From positions 32,001 to 96,000 of the forward strand of contig CAXXFK010000030.1 of the NCBI GenBank assembly GCA_963663965.2: DNA of 64,000 nucleotides, written 5' to 3'. Position numbers and translations under genes: made by a program. The notes below the pieces were generated by a model, which was not told the DNA's origin, did not search any database, and saw only the letters and a list, made by a program, of their open reading frames with translations. Shown piece by piece: positions 59,128 to 64,000 of this stretch (position 1 is the first letter of the stretch; the number at the start of each line of letters is the position of its first letter). The stretch comes from Sedimentisphaerales bacterium (GTDB lineage Bacteria > Planctomycetota > Phycisphaerae > Sedimentisphaerales > SM23-30).

Positions 59128-59266
59128 GAATCCTCTTGTCGATCAGCTGGTTATCGGAACAGGATATACGTACAGTAACTATATCGGCAAAATTCCGATA
59201 ATACCAGATTAAGTGAGAAAAAAACCCGTTAAGTCGTTTATCTGATGCAGCTGATCACCAGGAAAT

Positions 59267-60298
59267 TCAGCGGAGTTCATCGCATCCGATATCAATTTGA
59301 TCCCCGACGATACGGTCTTCCTGATCGATATCGGTTTCTGTCTGCAATTTTGTGATAATACCGGCGTCCACACAGACGGAACTGGAAGAGGAAATATGAC
59401 CCTCGCTGTTCAGTTGTGGGTCGGTTTCGATGTTGCCTTTGCCGCCGAAGAATTCCTGCAGGACGCAATAGCTGACCTGGAGTTCGTTCCAGGCGTGGCC
59501 GCCGCCCAGGCCGGGATACTGGTTGTTCCAGATAATGGTATTGACAATAGCGGCAGAGGTGCCCAGGTCGCCGATGCCGTAAATGCCGCCGGCGAATTCG
59601 GCTTTATTTTCGATAATGGTGCAATTAATCACATAGATCGAGCGGTTATCGCGACAGTAGATTCCACCGCCTTTGCTTTCGGCGGTGTTATCCTGCAGCA
59701 GGCAGTTGATAATTTTCAGGTGTTTATTATCGTTGCAGCAGATCGCGCCACCGGTATGGGACGAAAGATTTTCGCGGAAAATGCAATTGGAAATAAGAAC
59801 ATTATCCGTATAGAAACAGGCAATCGCGCCGCCATTGCTGTTGTGGGCGGTATTGTTTTTGAAAAGGCAATTGCGAATGGCGGGGCTGCCGCCCTGGCAT
59901 AAAATTGCGCCGCCTTCGAAGGCGACACCGTTGGTGATGGTCAGCCCATCGACCACTGCATTGGGATCTTCGCCGTTTCGAAAGATAAATGCACGGTGTA
60001 AGTCAGAATCTGTACCCTGACAATCGATTACTGTCGATTCAACGATGTTCCAGTCGTCGGGCATTTCGGAGCGAACGGTAATCAGTTTGCCTTTAAAATC
60101 GATATCGCAGTTGCCCGGGCCGGTATATTGGCCTGGTTTTAAAATAATGTTATCGCCGTTGGAAGCGGCATCGACGGCTGCCTGAATGGTGTTATAATCA
60201 TCGGGAACGCGCAGATCTGCTGCCCACAGCGTCGCGGCGCTGAATAAAGATAATATCATCACAGATGAAATCAGCAGGGTTGTTTTGCGAATTCCCAT
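59267..60298 (-). CDS. Secreted beta-helix protein with Pmp-like GGAI repeats
   Basis: VPDDYNTIQAA, repeated F..N.A...GGAI, and C-terminal R......DIGCDE. Confidence 0.85.
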   Translation of the reverse strand: MGIRKTTLLISSVMILSLFSAATLWAADLRVPDDYNTIQAAVDAASNGDNIILKPGQYTGPGNCDIDFKGKLITVRSEMPDDWNIVESTVIDCQGTDSDLHRAFIFRNGEDPNAVVDGLTITNGVAFEGGAILCQGGSPAIRNCLFKNNTAHNSNGGAIACFYTDNVLISNCIFRENLSSHTGGAICCNDNKHLKIINCLLQDNTAESKGGGIYCRDNRSIYVINCTIIENKAEFAGGIYGIGDLGTSAAIVNTIIWNNQYPGLGGGHAWNELQVSYCVLQEFFGGKGNIETDPQLNSEGHISSSSSVCVDAGIITKLQTETDIDQEDRIVGDQIDIGCDELR

Positions 60299-60748
60299 AA
60301 TAATTCAATCGTTCCTAACTCACCATTATTGCAGAAATTATTCTCGATTTCCAGCTTTATTCACAATCATTAATCACGTTTTGACTAAGTAATTATTAGA
60401 TCGTCTATTATAGCAGTAATCTTGAGGTCGCTTCTATTTAATTATTGGGGTTTCAGGACAATAAAAGTAGTTTTTATTAAAAAAAGTTATAAATTGTTAT
60501 AATTCAGGTGTTTGTAAAGATTTCGGGATATCGGGAATGGGTGAATATTTCTTAAAATATACCAAATATTGTACTTATGATGATTATTGGTCTGTATTTT
60601 GTATTCGGTCCAGATGCTATAATCCAGATAGCCGCTGTTGTGGGCGGCAGTAATGTAAATTTATGTTCTTTTGTATAAGACGGTTATGAAATGGCCGAAA
60701 GAGTAAATGATATGTAAAAGGTGATCAAGAGGTTAAGTTTGGTAAGAT

Positions 60749-61327
60749 ATGATTGAGCGACAGAGCCAGTTTAAGGATCGCAAACAATCTCCAACCCGGC
60801 AATGCCGGTGGAATGGCGGGGGCGGTTTCAGCCTGGTTGAGCTGGTGATTGTCATTGTTATTCTGGCGGTGATCGCGGCGATTGCGGTACCGCGGATTAA
60901 TACGGCGGGTGAAAAGGCCGAGCGGGTGGCATTGCGGGCGCGGCTGCGGACGGTGCGGGACGCGATTGACCGGTATTATGTTGATCATCGAAATATCTAT
61001 CCGGGGGTGCGGACCGATGGGGTTAATCCGGCGGGTTCGAAGGAGGCGTTCAAGAACCAGCTGCTGCTGTACAGCAATATCAAGGGGGTAGTATCGGAAA
61101 AGCTGGATCCGGCGTATCCATTCGGGCCTTATATCCGGGGCGAGTTTCCGGCGTTGCCAACTGGGGATAATGAGGGGAGTGACGATGTGTCGATAGTGAG
61201 CAGCGCTGATGCGATCGAAGCGGATACCAGCGAGGATACGGGTTGGGTATATAATGCCGGGACAGGGGAGTTTATCGCCAATTCGGATGAGACGACTGAG
61301 GATGGTGTTCGGCTGGATAAGTTTTAG
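60749..61327 (+). CDS. Type II secretion pseudopilin (GspG-like) / type IV prepilin
   Basis: G|FSLVELVIVIVILAVIAAIAVP, L..VR.AID.Y..DH...YP, GPY and GWVY. Confidence 0.9.
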   Translation: MIERQSQFKDRKQSPTRQCRWNGGGGFSLVELVIVIVILAVIAAIAVPRINTAGEKAERVALRARLRTVRDAIDRYYVDHRNIYPGVRTDGVNPAGSKEAFKNQLLLYSNIKGVVSEKLDPAYPFGPYIRGEFPALPTGDNEGSDDVSIVSSADAIEADTSEDTGWVYNAGTGEFIANSDETTEDGVRLDKF

Positions 61328-61599
61328 CGGGCGGTTGTAAGTGTTGCTTTAGTAGTGGGTTAATGCCGGTTTTGTGTGGATTGGGTTCGTTTTGTTTTGG
61401 GTTGGCGGCAGTATGAGAAGGGGGCTATTTAAGAAAGTACGGCCATATTCCGTGGGGAAGTGGAGATAGTGGAGAGAACGGGCTGGTCGGGTGTATCGGG
61501 ACAAGTCTTTAGCGACGGTGGGAAAGCAGGGAGATGAAGAGAACGAGACCAGATAAAACGAGGATGTAATTTTAATGTGTTTTAATATAAGAAGTTATA

Positions 61600-61672
61600 A
61601 CCACGAAGCGCCTTCGGCTGCACGAAGAGCGCCCTCCTGAGGCGGATCTACGACCTGCGGCGCTACACGAAG
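61600..61672. repeat. CACGAAG triad interrupted by palindromic inserts
   Basis: CACGAAG at 61602, 61621 and 61666; inserts GCCTTCGGC and AGCGCC...GGCGCT. Confidence 0.6.
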
Positions 61673-61792
61673 GGCCAGTGGCCTGGTTTAGGTATTGATT
61701 TAAATGGTTTCTTTTTTGATTAAAATGCGATAATCCATTAATTTACAGTGAGATAGAGATCGTTTTTTTATTATTGGGTTCGTTTGGGAACA

Positions 61793-61920
61793 AGGTGAAT
61801 AGTCAAGAAGGCAAGAAGTCGGGAAGGTGAGAAGGCGAAAAGGCGAATAGTCGAAAAGGCAAAAAGGTAAGTAGGTAAGAAGGCAAGAAGGTGAGGAGGC
61901 AAAGAGTCGAAAAGGTGAAG
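61793..61920. repeat. Degenerate octamer tandem repeat (16 units)
   Basis: Consensus AG(G/T)(C/T)RRRN, e.g. AGGCGAAA, AGTCGAAA and AGGTAAGA, in perfect 8-bp register over 128 bp. Confidence 0.9.
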
Positions 61921-62034
61921 AATTAAAACCCTGTTCATCTGGGCCTACCTTATGTTGGCGGTATTTGGTTTTCAAAGAGCGCATGGTTTAATGGCTTTTT
62001 TGTTTCGGATGGCGGGAGGATTAACCTTTGGGTT

Positions 62035-62063
62035 ATTATAGGGCATTGTTTTGTGTAAGTCAA
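62035..62063 (-). promoter_or_regulatory. Near-consensus sigma70 promoter followed by a boxA-like site
   Basis: Minus strand TTGACT-N17-TATAAT, with CGCTCTTTGAAAA at 61969-61981. Confidence 0.65.
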
Positions 62064-62532
62064 ATATATTGTTATGTATTTTTATTAGTTAATTTGTGGC
62101 TGTTTGATAGGGGGTGATTCTGGATTATGGCGTGGCCGGGGCGTGTTGGGCGGGCCAGAAGGGTGGCTGGTTTAGAATTGGATTGATTCTTGATATTGAG
62201 ATCGTATAATAAAGGGGTATTCAGGTTGATTTTACAAAACTGGTTTGAGTGGCTGACCATGGAAAGAGTAATGGACAAGGATATTGTGTTTGGCCGGGCC
62301 GGCTGTGGGGTTGGGTGGCGATGCGCATTGGGAGTGTTTATGGTGAAGCGGGTACTTTTTAACTGATGGGAAATTTATGCATGCTGATTTTCAGTTGATG
62401 ATTTTGGGATTGATCGAGATAGTGTTGGCGTGTGACCGGCCGGTTTTGCAGGAAGTCTCAGGGGGGTCAAGCCGCAAGCAAAGAAAAATCGTTCACGCAA
62501 GGCCGCGAAGCCACGAAGAGTAACAGCCATTT

Positions 62533-62567
62533 AGACAGGATCACAGGATTGATAGGATGGATCAGAA
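62533..62567 (+). repeat. 35-bp direct repeat copy 1 (ACAGGAT-periodic)
   Basis: AGACAGGATCACAGGATTGATAGGATGGATCAGAA; 34/35 identical to 63282..63316. Confidence 0.93.
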
Positions 62568-62819
62568 GGAATGTAAAATGCAGAATGCAAAATGGGGAAG
62601 GGTGGCGTTGCTTGTGACATTTTGTTTTTTAATAGAGATGGTTACATGATGGCAATTGACGCGTCAGGCACCCACAAGCTCGCTTTGCTGCGCTTGAAGA
62701 TGGTACTCGAGATGGGGTGTCGAGGCTGGCCGGCTATTAGCAGGAAATATAATGTATCCTTAGATGAGGGAGGCTCATTGTCAAATGATAAGATCCTGTC
62801 ATCTCGATTTATTTAAAGA

Positions 62820-63092
62820 GTGCAATTAATGGATATAATTTTCAAAATATTACTTAATGACGAGGTTACAACTATACCATTAGGTTTAATATGTTTATTT
62901 TTAGCACATCATACGCATAAAAAAGTGAAGGCTAAAAACTTAGAGTTGCTAAAGAAAGGGGATATCACTGAGACAGAATGGTTAGAAAAAGAAAAGTCTT
63001 CAAAAGTTCTCCCTATAATTATTTCCATATGTGCCATCATTGGAATCATTTTTGAGATACTGGCTTGGTTATCGCCAGGAAATAATCAATGA
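62820..63092 (+). CDS. Small AT-rich 2-TM hypothetical protein
   Basis: 90-aa ORF (start possibly ATG 62829) with two hydrophobic segments. Confidence 0.6.
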   Translation: MQLMDIIFKILLNDEVTTIPLGLICLFLAHHTHKKVKAKNLELLKKGDITETEWLEKEKSSKVLPIIISICAIIGIIFEILAWLSPGNNQ

Positions 63093-63268
63093 AGAAAAAA
63101 GCAAAATATGTAATGTTGTATATGGCGCTTGTTTTAGGCTGGTCGCTTTCTGTATATAAAAATATTTCAGAGAACATTGCCATGGATAAGGTAATTATCA
63201 TCGGTGTGATTAGTTTTATCATGTTATCGGCAATGTTTGTATTTATGGTAAAGAAATGGGGGCGCTAA
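63089..63268 (+). CDS. Small 2-TM hypothetical protein (59 aa, not in the ORF track)
   Basis: MKKKAKYVMLYMALVLGWSLSV...IIIGVISFIMLSAMFVFMVKKWGR; ATGA overlap with the upstream ORF. Confidence 0.65.
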   Translation: MKKKAKYVMLYMALVLGWSLSVYKNISENIAMDKVIIIGVISFIMLSAMFVFMVKKWGR

Positions 63269-63281
63269 TATTTAAAATTTC

Positions 63282-63316
63282 AGACAGGATCACAGGATTG
63301 ACAGGATGGATCAGAA
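63282..63316 (+). repeat. 35-bp direct repeat copy 2
   Basis: AGACAGGATCACAGGATTGACAGGATGGATCAGAA. Confidence 0.93.
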
Positions 63317-63554
63317 TGAAATTAGAACTGTATGCCAATCAGCCGGAGTACAAGTGCAGCACTAGGGCGATTAGCACTTATGTGAGCATTGAGTAGGGAT
63401 GTTGAGACTGGATAGAGTTCTGAACCGTTGGTATTGAACCCCAATCAATATTATTCTCAATTGCCCCATAGCTGATTTTGTGTGAGATGGGTAAAAGAGA
63501 TTAATGGCAGAATATTTCTTTCACCACCTCAAAAAAACAATTCTGAAATATCAC

Positions 63555-64000
63555 TCAATCACAGGGATAAGTCAACCATTTTGAGGATAAGATGGAAAAG
63601 TCGATCATATTCACTGAATCATCATGATTCAAGTCTGCCGTCAGTAATAGTTGATCAGGTGTTTTAAGCCACTGCTGAACCATTTCATTTAAATCGAGTA
63701 AATCGATATGACAATCGCCATTGATATCAGCCGGTTCAGGGACGAACTCCATGCCGATCTGCATAAAAATCCCATCTTCACTATAATCGAAATAATTGGC
63801 AGTGAAGGAAATCGTCTCAAATGATCCCTCCAGTTGTATTGTTCCATTTGTGTCATATCCTTTCGGATTGTCTCTTAATATCCCAGATACTATATTGTCC
63901 GCAACTAAAAAATCCGGATCACCACTCAGGCGAATAATATTGGAAGTTGAAAAAGTCAAGCCTGAAGCGAGAGAGTAGAAATGGAACACAGGATTTTTTA
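63555..64000 (-). CDS. C-terminal part of a protein ending in VPEP plus a dockerin-like domain (5' end beyond window)
   Basis: Frame open to the window edge; FVPEP-ADINGDCHIDLLDL...W and ADLNHDDSVNMIDF...W. Confidence 0.8.
   Translation of the reverse strand, partial: KNPVFHFYSLASGLTFSTSNIIRLSGDPDFLVADNIVSGILRDNPKGYDTNGTIQLEGSFETISFTANYFDYSEDGIFMQIGMEFVPEPADINGDCHIDLLDLNEMVQQWLKTPDQLLLTADLNHDDSVNMIDFSILSSKWLTYPCD

Noticed and set aside
61700..61984. 94-aa ORF as a real protein
   Set aside because: Mostly a translation of the octamer repeat; treated as a non-coding element pending evidence.
61793..63316. CRISPR array
   Set aside because: The octamer tract has no spacers, the 35-bp repeat has only two copies ~750 bp apart, and no cas genes are present.

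Overview
Bacterial chromosomal window, most likely a planctomycete of the Phycisphaerae/Sedimentisphaerales type. This is inferred from dockerin-like ADLNGD...W domains, a VPAPGA sorting tail, an FGE-domain protein, a PQQ-like propeller, a Ser/Thr kinase and mreBCD. About 45 CDS cover carbohydrate use (GH3, heparinase II/III-like lyase, RhaM, a putative GH, an AmpC-like/YdjC fusion), signalling (sigma54 two-component pair, PP2C, CheW+MCP, ECF sigma, kinase), mreBCD, channels and secreted modular proteins. No rRNA, tRNA, CRISPR array, transposase or integrase was recognised. The most unusual part is a ~2.4 kb islet at the left end, bounded by a 63-bp duplication of the 3' end of an oxidoreductase gene. 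It holds an intact GxxExxY nuclease-like gene and a dead copy. Each is preceded by a homologous segment bounded by ACCACAGAGGG inverted repeats, and that segment lies in OPPOSITE orientations in the two copies. In the intact copy it carries a near-consensus sigma70 promoter facing the gene, which suggests an invertible promoter or REPIN-like element. Related short-period repeats, a promoter-boxA-octamer tract and a direct-repeat-flanked cassette of small membrane genes occur at 61.6-63.3 kb. A TA-flanked MITE sits at 10.3 kb. All calls were made by eye; no database search was run.
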